Below, piece after piece: positions 1-8,907 of a stretch of 64,000 nt of DNA. How positions within the stretch are numbered: position 1 is the stretch's first letter; every line of letters begins with the position of its first letter. The stretch is from Methanocaldococcus indicus (GTDB lineage Archaea > AGJL01 > Methanococci > Methanococcales > Methanocaldococcaceae). Below the pieces are notes generated by a model. That model made no database searches, was not told the DNA's origin, and was given only the letters and a program-made list of their open reading frames with translations. A program made the position numbers and the translations under genes. The stretch lies in assembly GCF_049554935.1 (NCBI RefSeq), contig NZ_CP186926.1, positions 224,001-288,000 of the forward strand. Direction: 5' to 3'.

Positions 1-483
1 AATATCTATTGACTCTCTAACTAATCTATTTCCATATATTCTATAAACTGCAAATTCTCTCTCTTTTATAGGATTTTTAAGAGTTATATAATAATCATTT
101 AACTCAGTTCCAAATATTATTTTGAATATTATAGTTTTATAAAAATTAAAAGACTTTGGAAAGAAAAATTTCATTTTATTTATTTTATCTTCTTCTAAGT
201 TAATATTGCCTATATCACTATCTAATATAAACTTATCCAATAGTTTAAGATTATAAATTGATACATTTATATCATTTAAATCTTGGATAATATCTTTTTT
301 ATAGTCATCTAAAAAATAATTTAATATTTTAGATTTTTCATAATATACAATAGAAGGTAGTTGTTTTTTTATAGTAGAGTAATCTAAGTTGTTAATTATA
401 TGCTCTGACAAATCTCTACCAACAATATATATATTCTCTTTAATATTTAGTTTAGTTTTTTCAATTAATTTTTTTAGTTTCAT
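1..483 (-). CDS. Hypothetical protein, 3' end runs off the window
   Basis: ATG at 483 just after the cfbE stop; frame open to position 1 (MKLKKLIEKTKLNIKENIYIVGRDLSEH...). Absent from the ORF track because it is truncated. Confidence 0.7.
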   Translation of the reverse strand, partial: MKLKKLIEKTKLNIKENIYIVGRDLSEHIINNLDYSTIKKQLPSIVYYEKSKILNYFLDDYKKDIIQDLNDINVSIYNLKLLDKFILDSDIGNINLEEDKINKMKFFFPKSFNFYKTIIFKIIFGTELNDYYITLKNPIKEREFAVYRIYGNRLVRESIDI

Positions 484-488
484 AAATA

Positions 489-1664
489 TCAATTTCTTTT
501 TAGAATAATTAGTGTATTATTTCTAATCTCAATATTATTTTTATATACTCCTTTTATAAATTTTAATAACTCCTTTCCAATATCTCCAATAAAGTAGTAT
601 TTTGTATTATATTTTTTCAATATTTTTGTTAATTTAAATATGTCTATTTCTTCACAAGTGACATTAAAATCCCCTCCAACATAAATATCCCCATCTTTAA
701 ACATCTCTAAAAAATCTCTAATTGCAAAATCTATGGCTTTTACATCTAATCCTGGATTTATGTTTTTAACAACATAGTAGTTATTTATTTTTTCTATATT
801 CATTCTATTGTTTATTTTGAAGGTTTCAATTTTTTTAAGAATGGTTTCAGTATCAACAAAATTTTTACATATTTCATAGGCAAAGATTGAGTTCTCCACA
901 TAGTGTAATCCAAAAACTGAATTATTAAATTTGAAGATATTATTATCATATAAGAATCTTAATGGATACTTATTAAGTATTTTAGTTTTAGTATCTAATA
1001 CATGTAGATTACTATGCTCAATAGCTACTTTATATTCTTCTACATCTCTTTTATTTATATATGCTTTTTTAGCAAAATTTAATGTTGAAAATTTAGCTGT
1101 TAAGGCATCTCTTCTATTTTTAGCTATTTTATAGTTCTCAAAAATATTAGTTATAGCCCCAAATTCACAACTAACTAATCCCAATGAACATTCAAAAATA
1201 AAATATTCATAACTATCTTCATTATCTAAAACATTTAAAAGAGCTGTTGGTGTTATTGAACCTTTATTTGAGTTATGCAAAAAGATATTATAATCCTCTT
1301 TAAGAATGTGATAAATTAGCTCTGTTGTTGTGGTTTTTCCTTTAACACCTGTTATACAAATAATTTTTTTGTCTTTATACTCTTTATTAATTATTTCAGA
1401 GACAACTTCATGAAAATTCTTAAAATTAACATCAATAGGGCAATGTATTGGGGCTATAACTTCAAAATCTTCAAAATTTGGCTCTTCCAAAAAAAGAGTA
1501 ATATTATTATATTTCTCTTTTAACTTTAAATATTCTTTTTTAGCATTTTCATCTTTTAATGTTTTTTTATATATATCATAGATAGCTACTTTTTCTCCTT
1601 CTCTTTCTAAAAAATATTTAGCTAAGGATAAAGCTCCATGATTTACATCAACTAACAACAACAT
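489..1664 (-). CDS. cfbE: Coenzyme F430 synthase (Mur-ligase-like)
   Basis: N-terminal VDVNHGA, APIHCP, Mur-ligase P-loop ITGVKGKTTT, ECSLG, NINPGLD and TCEEID motifs. Confidence 0.85.
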   Translation of the reverse strand: MLLLVDVNHGALSLAKYFLEREGEKVAIYDIYKKTLKDENAKKEYLKLKEKYNNITLFLEEPNFEDFEVIAPIHCPIDVNFKNFHEVVSEIINKEYKDKKIICITGVKGKTTTTELIYHILKEDYNIFLHNSNKGSITPTALLNVLDNEDSYEYFIFECSLGLVSCEFGAITNIFENYKIAKNRRDALTAKFSTLNFAKKAYINKRDVEEYKVAIEHSNLHVLDTKTKILNKYPLRFLYDNNIFKFNNSVFGLHYVENSIFAYEICKNFVDTETILKKIETFKINNRMNIEKINNYYVVKNINPGLDVKAIDFAIRDFLEMFKDGDIYVGGDFNVTCEEIDIFKLTKILKKYNTKYYFIGDIGKELLKFIKGVYKNNIEIRNNTLIILKRN

Positions 1665-2274
1665 TGTTTATATCCCCTACTAAAATATCAATTATAAACC
1701 TACTTTCTGCCTTGTCTAACTCCTTAGTTGAATTCCCCATAATAATAAATTTGTTTCCTTCTTTTACAATCATTGCAGGATAATCTCTTTTATAAATCTC
1801 TATAGCCATAGTTTTATTGTTATGTGTTAGTAAATAAACTTCCATTGGTGTGAAGTAGGTTATTTTTTTAGTCCCATTAGCAAATATTACCTTAGCAGTT
1901 ATATTTCTATCTTTTTTAAGCTCAATAATTATATTATGAGGATAGAAACTATTTAACCAGGCTAATTTAGTAATTAAATCAATTATTGAAACTCCTCCTT
2001 CCTCAGGAGTTATATTTAATGAACCTCTTATATAAATTAATTTTGTGTTATGATAATAATTATATATTTCTTTATCATTTGTATTTATTAGCTTAACTTC
2101 TTTTGCTTCTCCTATTGTAGCTCTTAAAGGAACTTCTATTGGTGTATTATTATAATAAAATATAAATTTATTACTATAATCTTTTAGGTTAAAGTTACTA
2201 TTGTTATTTAAACATAAACTAAATGCACTAAAAATTAAAGTTGTTATCAGAAGATATACAACATATTTCTTCAT
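1648..2274 (-). CDS. Conserved exported/lipoprotein-like hypothetical protein
   Basis: N-terminal hydrophobic segment ending in SLC; translationally coupled to both neighbours. Confidence 0.6.
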   Translation of the reverse strand: MKKYVVYLLITTLIFSAFSLCLNNNSNFNLKDYSNKFIFYYNNTPIEVPLRATIGEAKEVKLINTNDKEIYNYYHNTKLIYIRGSLNITPEEGGVSIIDLITKLAWLNSFYPHNIIIELKKDRNITAKVIFANGTKKITYFTPMEVYLLTHNNKTMAIEIYKRDYPAMIVKEGNKFIIMGNSTKELDKAESRFIIDILVGDINNVVVS

Positions 2275-2903
2275 CAGTTATCCCTCTTAATGTAATTGTA
2301 TAAATAATACATTACAAACATTAATAATACAATATACCAATACTCCTTTAAATATATGGATATATATCCTACATAAGGAATAACCAAAGGTTTTCCATCA
2401 ATTGTTACAACTCTCTGATAAACTTGGTTAATACTAACTAATTCTGGGTCATGTATAGGATTATTATCACCTTTTATTAAAAGATATTCTTTATTATTAA
2501 AGTGTATAATTTTTATAACTCTATGAACAACAGGTTTTGTGGATGCATATCCTTTATATTCATATATATTATAGTCATCAGCATTTCCTAAATACCTTAT
2601 ATCAATTGTTTTAGAATTTGTAACATTAAATAAAAACAAAGTCTTTTCTGGGTTTAAATGATATTTTATCATTATTTCATCTAATATATATTGAACTGAT
2701 GGCCAATGAGCTTTATATACAACAATATCTCCAACTTTTATATCTTTTGGATTAAACTCAAAATTAGCATTTTCCACAACAATTAAGTCACCTCTTTTAA
2801 AAAGAGGATACATACTGTTTGAAACAACTACATTAACATGGCTCCAAATTATAAACAATATAGCTAAAAAAATTATCCACTCTAAGATATCTTTTTTATT
2901 AAT
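2274..2903 (-). CDS. Archaeal signal peptidase I (S26/Sec11 type); probable ATT start at 2903 (ORF track start 2945)
   Basis: Catalytic motifs VVSNSMYP, GDIVVY, VVHRV, KGDNN; terminal TM helices; GGTGA RBS 4 nt before ATT. Confidence 0.85.
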   Translation of the reverse strand: MNKKDILEWIIFLAILFIIWSHVNVVVSNSMYPLFKRGDLIVVENANFEFNPKDIKVGDIVVYKAHWPSVQYILDEIMIKYHLNPEKTLFLFNVTNSKTIDIRYLGNADDYNIYEYKGYASTKPVVHRVIKIIHFNNKEYLLIKGDNNPIHDPELVSINQVYQRVVTIDGKPLVIPYVGYISIYLKEYWYIVLLMFVMYYLYNYIKRDN

Positions 2904-3023
2904 GTTATCACCAATAACATTCAATAAATTAGAATTTAAAAACAAAAATAGGACTTTATATAACTTAACCTTTTTGGTTTTAAATTTTAAAAATAAAAAA
3001 TAATTATATAGAAAAATAATTAT

Positions 3024-3317
3024 TTATCTGGAATAGCAACAACAATGATGATATGCATAGCATTTACAATGACAACAACAGTGATTTAACCCTTCATAAG
3101 TACAGTTATCACATGGATAAGTATTGTTTATATATATACAATGGCAATATCCGTGGTTTAATCCTCCACAATTACAGTTATCACATGGGCATGTATTGTT
3201 CATACATAAGCAACATATATTATTCAAATTTGTCTCATTGAAATTTGCAGAAACTCCAACTATACAGAAAAATATTACTCCCAAAAGTCCCAAACCCACA
3301 AATAGCTTTTTCATCAT
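3024..3317 (-). CDS. Small exported Cys/His-rich protein with an internal duplication
   Basis: GGTGAT RBS then ATGATG (3317/3314); signal peptide MKKLFVGLGLLGVIFFCIVGVSA; 19 Cys and 6 His in about 73 mature residues; 72-bp internal repeat. Confidence 0.7.
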   Translation of the reverse strand: MMKKLFVGLGLLGVIFFCIVGVSANFNETNLNNICCLCMNNTCPCDNCNCGGLNHGYCHCIYINNTYPCDNCTYEGLNHCCCHCKCYAYHHCCCYSR

Positions 3318-3410
3318 ATCACCTATATATGTAGTATATTTGCTACACAAGTAATATAATGCATACACCAAATATATAAATTTAACTAATATCCAACATT
3401 ATAAATATTT

Positions 3411-3442
3411 TAGTATTACAAATATCTCTTAAAATATTACTA
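3411..3442. promoter_or_regulatory. Candidate NikR-like operator TAGTATTA-N16-TATTACTA
   Basis: Imperfect inverted repeat with the 6-16-6 geometry of the E. coli NikR site (GTATGA-N16-TCATAC), between divergent TATA boxes at about 3372-3380 and 3449-3458. Confidence 0.35.
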
Positions 3443-3494
3443 TAACAAAATATATATATGAGATTATTGTTCATAAGAATTATAATGATTAATC

Positions 3495-5810
3495 ATGACA
3501 AATTTAGGGATAGTTATGTCAAACAATAAGGTTTTTGGAGATATTATAAAGCTAAAAAATGCTCAGATATCTATGAGTATTAAATTTTTAAGTGAAGAGG
3601 AAGAGGAAACAAAATCAAAAGGTCCTACACCAAAACCTCAAACAACAACTCTAAGAAAATGGGATTTTAAACTATTAAATAGATATAAACCATTCTATAT
3701 GCCAATTTGTGATATGTGTTGTCTTTGTACTTATGGAAAGTGTGATTTAACAAAAGGAAAAAAAGGAGCTTGTGGGATTAATTTAGCTACTCAACAGGCA
3801 AGGATGGTAACAATAGCTTGTTGTATCGGAACAGCTTGTCATATTGCACATGCAAGACATCTAATTGAGTTAGCAATAGAAAAATTGGGAGAGAACTACA
3901 AAATAGATTTAGGAAGTGAGATTCAGGTTGAAGCACCAATAACAAGGTTAGTTATGGGTTTTGCTCCAAAAAAATTAAAGGACTTAATGAAAGTTGTTGA
4001 ATATTGTGAAGAACAGCTTTCCCATATACTATCTTCAACACACACAGGACAAGAAGGGAGTTATTTAGATTATGAGAGTAAATCTTTACATATTGGAATG
4101 ATTGATGATTTGGCAAGAGAAGTTGGAGATATTGCCCAAATGCTTCTATACAATATGCCTATTGGTGAGGATGACACTGATATTATAGATTTTGGATTAG
4201 GTTGTGTAGATATTAATAAACCTGTTATTTTATGTATTGGGCATAATGTTGTTCCAGGTGGATATATTTTAGAGTATTTAGAAGACAACAATTTAGAAGA
4301 TGAGTTAGAGGTATGTGGTATTTGTTGTACAGCCATTGATATTTCAAGAGTTTCAAAGAGAGCCAAGATAGTTGGACCACTATCAAGACAACTAATGTTT
4401 TTAAGGATGGGAGTAGCTGATGTTGTTGTTATAGATGAGCAATGTATAAGATTAGACATATTGGAAGAAGTTAAGAAAACTAATGCTATTTTAATAGCTA
4501 CTAATGAAAAGATGTGTTTAGGATTAGAAGATATTTCAGATTTATCTGAGGAGGAGATGATATCTTACTTATTAAGAAATAGAGCAGCTCTAATAATGGA
4601 TATGGAAAAATTAGGAAAAGTAGCTGTTGAAGTTGCTAAAATTGTTGCAAAAGAAAGAAAAAAAGATTATCTTCCAAATATAGATGAGATAAAAAGAATT
4701 TTAGAGAAATGTACTGAATGTGGATGGTGTGATAGAGCTTGTCCTAATGGATTTAACATAACTGAATCTCTAAAAGAAGCAAAAAGAGGAAACTTTGATA
4801 AATTAGCTGAATTGTTTAAAAAATGTTATGGATGTGGAAGATGTGAGCAAATATGTCCAAGAGAAATTCCAATTGTTAATTTAACAACAAAGGCAGGTGT
4901 TCTATACTACAATGGATTTAACTTTAAAATTAGAAGAGCAAGAGGTCCAGTAAGGGATGTAGAGATTAGAAAAGTTGGAGCACCAATTGTTTTTGGAGAC
5001 ATTCCAGGAGTTGTAGCTTTTGTAGGATGCACTAACTTACCAAATGGAGAGGAAGAAGTTGCTTTAATGGCAAAAGAACTGTTAGAGAGGAATTATATTG
5101 TTGTTGGAGCTGGATGTGGTGCAATGTCATTGGCTATGTGGAAAGATAATGATGGTAAAACACTTTATGAGAAATATGCTGGAAGATTTGAAGGAAAAGG
5201 TTTGTTAAATTTAGGACCATGTTTAGCAAACTCTCATGTGTCAGGAGCTTTGGTTAAGATAGCCAATATTTTTGCTAAAAAACCATTAGAAGGTAATTAT
5301 GAAGAGATAGCAGACTTTATCTTAAATAGAGTTGGAGCTGTTGGTGTAGCTTGGGGTGCTATGAGTCAAAAAGCTGCTGCTATAGCTACTGGATTTAATA
5401 GATTAGGAGTTCCAGTAATTTTAGGCCCTCATGGTTCAAAGTATAGAAGATTATACATATCAAATGAAGATAAATTCAAAGTTAAAGATATAAATACAGG
5501 AGAAATTTTTGAGACAGACCCAGTTCCAGAGCATTTAAAAATAACTGCTGAAAACTACAAGGAATGTTTAGCTATGATTCCAAAGATGTGTATGAGATTA
5601 TCAGATACTCCAAAAGGTAGAAGTATGAAGTTATATCATTATATAAGTATATATGAAAAATATTTTGGGAAAATGCCTCCTGATTTGGAAAAGTTTGTTA
5701 GAACTGAGGCAGATATTCCATTTATGTTAAAAGAGAAAGTAATAGAATACTTAAAAGAGAAAGACTGGAAACCACTTGAAAAATATCCAGCAAATCCAAC
5801 AATTAGGTGA
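3495..5810 (+). CDS. cdhA: CO dehydrogenase/acetyl-CoA synthase alpha subunit
   Basis: CDMCCLCTYGKC, GACG, CIGHN, GICCTA, two ferredoxin motifs (CTECGWC, CYGCGRC), AWGAMSQKAAAIA. Confidence 0.95.
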   Translation: MTNLGIVMSNNKVFGDIIKLKNAQISMSIKFLSEEEEETKSKGPTPKPQTTTLRKWDFKLLNRYKPFYMPICDMCCLCTYGKCDLTKGKKGACGINLATQQARMVTIACCIGTACHIAHARHLIELAIEKLGENYKIDLGSEIQVEAPITRLVMGFAPKKLKDLMKVVEYCEEQLSHILSSTHTGQEGSYLDYESKSLHIGMIDDLAREVGDIAQMLLYNMPIGEDDTDIIDFGLGCVDINKPVILCIGHNVVPGGYILEYLEDNNLEDELEVCGICCTAIDISRVSKRAKIVGPLSRQLMFLRMGVADVVVIDEQCIRLDILEEVKKTNAILIATNEKMCLGLEDISDLSEEEMISYLLRNRAALIMDMEKLGKVAVEVAKIVAKERKKDYLPNIDEIKRILEKCTECGWCDRACPNGFNITESLKEAKRGNFDKLAELFKKCYGCGRCEQICPREIPIVNLTTKAGVLYYNGFNFKIRRARGPVRDVEIRKVGAPIVFGDIPGVVAFVGCTNLPNGEEEVALMAKELLERNYIVVGAGCGAMSLAMWKDNDGKTLYEKYAGRFEGKGLLNLGPCLANSHVSGALVKIANIFAKKPLEGNYEEIADFILNRVGAVGVAWGAMSQKAAAIATGFNRLGVPVILGPHGSKYRRLYISNEDKFKVKDINTGEIFETDPVPEHLKITAENYKECLAMIPKMCMRLSDTPKGRSMKLYHYISIYEKYFGKMPPDLEKFVRTEADIPFMLKEKVIEYLKEKDWKPLEKYPANPTIR

Positions 5811-5815
5811 AGAGT

Positions 5816-6250
5816 ATGGAAGAAAAATTTACTCCTTTTATACCTACTGCTGGAACTAATCTAAATCATGCTGAGATAACATCTCCTTCAATTGTTAGAA
5901 TGATGATTAATAGGGCTAAAAACCCAGTTATTGTTGTAGGGGAAAACTTAGATGAAGATGAAAAAGAAATAGTAAATGAAATTATTGAGACATTTAAGTT
6001 AAAATGTATAAGAACTCCTGAGGATATGAATTTAATAATAGCCTATAATAAGATAGTCAAAGATAAGCATGATTTAGTTTTATTTATTGGCATAACTTAC
6101 TACTACTTAGCTCAAACTGTTTCTTACTTAAAAAACTTTTCTAATACAACAACTGTCTCAATAGACAGATACTATCATCCAAATGTCCATTATTCATTTC
6201 CTAACTTAGAAAAAGAGGAACTAATTGAATACTTGAAAAAAATATTATAA
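5816..6250 (+). CDS. cdhB: CODH/ACS epsilon subunit
   Basis: MINRAKNP, HDLVLFIGITYY, IDRYYHPN..YSFPN; directly follows cdhA. Confidence 0.9.
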   Translation: MEEKFTPFIPTAGTNLNHAEITSPSIVRMMINRAKNPVIVVGENLDEDEKEIVNEIIETFKLKCIRTPEDMNLIIAYNKIVKDKHDLVLFIGITYYYLAQTVSYLKNFSNTTTVSIDRYYHPNVHYSFPNLEKEELIEYLKKIL

Positions 6251-6265
6251 ATTGAGAGGGAAAAA

Positions 6266-6742
6266 ATGAATCCAAAAATAATTGTAATCAACACAGAAAA
6301 ATGCTCTAAATGTTATGACTGTATAAACATATGCAGAGAAATTCATGGAGTAGAGAGAATTAGAAAATTTGAAGGAATTCCTATATTTTGTATGCAATGT
6401 GAAAAAGCACCATGTAGAGATATTTGCCCAGTTGATGCTATCTATCTAAAAGACAATATCCCAATAGTTGATAGAGAGATATGTATTGGTTGTGGAATGT
6501 GTGTAATTGCCTGTCCTATTGGAGCTATATTTATAAAAGATGGAGTAGCTCACAAATGCACACTTTGTTATGACACAGAAAGATTAACTCCTGCATGTAT
6601 TGAAGCATGTAAAGATAAGGCATTAGTATTAGTGACTGAGGAAATTCTAAATCTAACTAAAGATGAAAAAATTAAAAAGATTATAAATTACCTAAAAGAA
6701 ACAGAAAAAAAGGATAAAAGGAAATTAAAGGTGAATAAATAA
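6266..6742 (+). CDS. 4Fe-4S dicluster (CooF/DmsB-like) ferredoxin of the cdh operon
   Basis: CSKCYDC, CMQCEKAPC..ICP, CIGCGMC..ACP, KCTLC...PAC..AC. Confidence 0.85.
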   Translation: MNPKIIVINTEKCSKCYDCINICREIHGVERIRKFEGIPIFCMQCEKAPCRDICPVDAIYLKDNIPIVDREICIGCGMCVIACPIGAIFIKDGVAHKCTLCYDTERLTPACIEACKDKALVLVTEEILNLTKDEKIKKIINYLKETEKKDKRKLKVNK

Positions 6743-8142
6743 TGTTTGAAAATATTCCAGTATCAGTAGGACCGATGAATGAAGGGGAGAGGATAAGGAA
6801 GCCCGATATGTATGTAGAATTAGCTGGACCAAAGAGTTATGGATTTGAGTTAGTGAGAGTAGATAACAACGTAGAGGATAAAGTTGAAATTATAGGAAAA
6901 GATTTAGATGAATTAGAGGAAGGGAAAGCTCATCCTTTCGCTATTATTGTTAAAGTTAAGGGTAAGGATTTGGAAGAAGATTTAGAAGGAGTTTTAGAGA
7001 GAAGAGTCCATGAATTTTTTAACTATATAGAAGGAGTTATGCATTTAAATCAAAGAGACCAAGTTTGGATTAGAGTATCAAAAGATGCTTTTAAAAAAGG
7101 TTTAAGATTAAAACATATTGGTGAAGTTATTAAAGATTTGTTTAAAGCAGAGTTTCCATTTATTGAAAATTGCGAAGTAACTATAATAACTAACCCTGAA
7201 AAAGTTAAAAAAGAATTAGAAAAGGCCAAAGAGATATATAAAAAGAGAGACGAAAAAACTAAATCAATTAGAGAAGAGGATGTAGATGTATTTTATGGTT
7301 GTATAATGTGTCAAAGTTTTGCTCCAACACACGTATGTGTTATAACTCCCGATAGACCTGCTTTATGTGGAGGAATAAATTATTTAGATGCGAGAGCAGC
7401 GGCAAAAATAGACCCTAATGGACCAATATTTGTAATTGAAAAAGGAGAATGTTTAGACGAAAAATTAGGTATATATTCAGGGGTTAATGAGGTTGTTAAA
7501 GAAAAATCTCAAGGAGCATTTGAACAGTTTGCTTTACATTCAGGTTTAGAAAGTCCATGTACATCATGTGGATGTTTTGAGGCGGTAGCGTTTTATATTC
7601 CAGAAGTAGATGGATTTGGGATAGTGCATAGGAACTTTAAAGGAGAGACACCATTAGGAATACCGTTTTCAACATTAGCGGGACAGTGTAGCGGAGGAAA
7701 CCAAGTTCCTGGATTCGTTGGAATATCAATTAGTTATATGCAATCTCCTAAATTCTTACAAGGAGATGGTGGATGGAACAGAGTAGTATGGCTACCGAGG
7801 GAATTAAAAGAGAGAGTTAAAGAAGCGATACCAAAAGAGATATATGATAAGATAGCAACAGAGGAAGATGTAAAAAATACTGATGAACTTAGAAATTTCT
7901 TAAAAGAGAAAGGACATCCAGTAATTAATCTATGGGAAAAAGAAGAAACAAAAGAAGAAGTTGAAGAAAAAGAAGAACCTAAAAAAGAAACTAAAACTAT
8001 GGAAAAAGCTCCAGAGCTTGGAGTATCTACTTTATCTCTTCCTGGGGAAGCTTTTGGATTGCCAACAGGAATTAGAATTGAAATGTACAATGTAATTATA
8101 AAAGCAGAAAAAATTGTAATTAAAAAGGAGAAGAAACAATAA
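6742..8142 (+). CDS. cdhC: Acetyl-CoA synthase beta subunit
   Basis: EGERIR, EGVMHLNQR, FYGCIMCQSFAPTHVC, CTSCGCFE, GQCSGG. Confidence 0.95.
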   Translation: MFENIPVSVGPMNEGERIRKPDMYVELAGPKSYGFELVRVDNNVEDKVEIIGKDLDELEEGKAHPFAIIVKVKGKDLEEDLEGVLERRVHEFFNYIEGVMHLNQRDQVWIRVSKDAFKKGLRLKHIGEVIKDLFKAEFPFIENCEVTIITNPEKVKKELEKAKEIYKKRDEKTKSIREEDVDVFYGCIMCQSFAPTHVCVITPDRPALCGGINYLDARAAAKIDPNGPIFVIEKGECLDEKLGIYSGVNEVVKEKSQGAFEQFALHSGLESPCTSCGCFEAVAFYIPEVDGFGIVHRNFKGETPLGIPFSTLAGQCSGGNQVPGFVGISISYMQSPKFLQGDGGWNRVVWLPRELKERVKEAIPKEIYDKIATEEDVKNTDELRNFLKEKGHPVINLWEKEETKEEVEEKEEPKKETKTMEKAPELGVSTLSLPGEAFGLPTGIRIEMYNVIIKAEKIVIKKEKKQ

Positions 8143-8148
8143 CAATTT

Positions 8149-8481
8149 TTACATAACAATTATTCTTACTTTATGCTTTTTAGCTAATTTTAAGGCCTTT
8201 TCAGTTAATTTAACATTTTTTCCAATAACAAACATAGGCTTGGCTTTAATCTTGTTAGCTTTTTTTATATGATTTTCAATAACTGATGTACATAGTATCT
8301 GTTTTCCACTTTTTACTTCTATAGCATATTTACAATTTCTATACTTAGCTATGATATCATACTCTGCCTTTTTATGTTGATTAAGTTTTTTTATAACATT
8401 CCTTTCTTCTATTATATATCCTCTCTTTTTTAACTTATTTGCTACAATACTCTCTTTTTTACTACCTTTCCTTTTTCCCAT
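8149..8481 (-). CDS. Small PD-(D/E)xK nuclease-fold protein (YraN/Mrr-cat-like)
   Basis: G..KE..VA..LKKRGY.I, EYDIIA...IEVKS motif; very basic. Confidence 0.6.
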   Translation of the reverse strand: MGKRKGSKKESIVANKLKKRGYIIEERNVIKKLNQHKKAEYDIIAKYRNCKYAIEVKSGKQILCTSVIENHIKKANKIKAKPMFVIGKNVKLTEKALKLAKKHKVRIIVM

Positions 8482-8542
8482 ATTATGAACCATTAATTTA
8501 TATATTTGAATAATTTGAGATTAATAAAAAAAGTTTTTAAAA

Positions 8543-8827
8543 TTATTTAACTCTCTCTAATTCACTTACAATATTCCATATTTGTGTTCTTGTGTGTAGT
8601 GGCATATTTGGGTCGTTGCTGATTTCATCTAAAATGTGAATTGCAGTAGCACTTCTTACTATTGGTTCTTCTCCTTCTTTTAAAACAACTTCTTTGGCTT
8701 TTTCAGCTGCTGCTCTTATGTTTCTTGGTACTGTTGTATCATTAATAATCTCATCTAACATCAAAGCAACTCCCTTTAATATTTCCTCTGGAGTTTTTTC
8801 ACTCTCTGCCTTAGCTCCAAATACCAT
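8543..8827 (-). CDS. UPF0147 family protein
   Basis: DTTVPRNIR..A and DEISNDPNMP.HTRT.IW signature; GGAGGTGA RBS. Confidence 0.9.
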   Translation of the reverse strand: MVFGAKAESEKTPEEILKGVALMLDEIINDTTVPRNIRAAAEKAKEVVLKEGEEPIVRSATAIHILDEISNDPNMPLHTRTQIWNIVSELERVK

Positions 8828-8907
8828 AACTATTCTCACCTCCTAAAAAATAATTTATTATGTTATAAATTGTAAAACTAATATTTTAAGATTTATTATG
8901 AAATATC

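Noticed and set aside
3053-3354. Two plus-strand ORFs over the Cys-rich gene
   Set aside because: No RBS or protein features; shadows of the minus-strand gene, which has an RBS and signal peptide.
3495-8142. Absence of cdhD/cdhE from the cdh cluster
   Set aside because: These subunits are encoded separately in M. jannaschii, so a split locus is expected.
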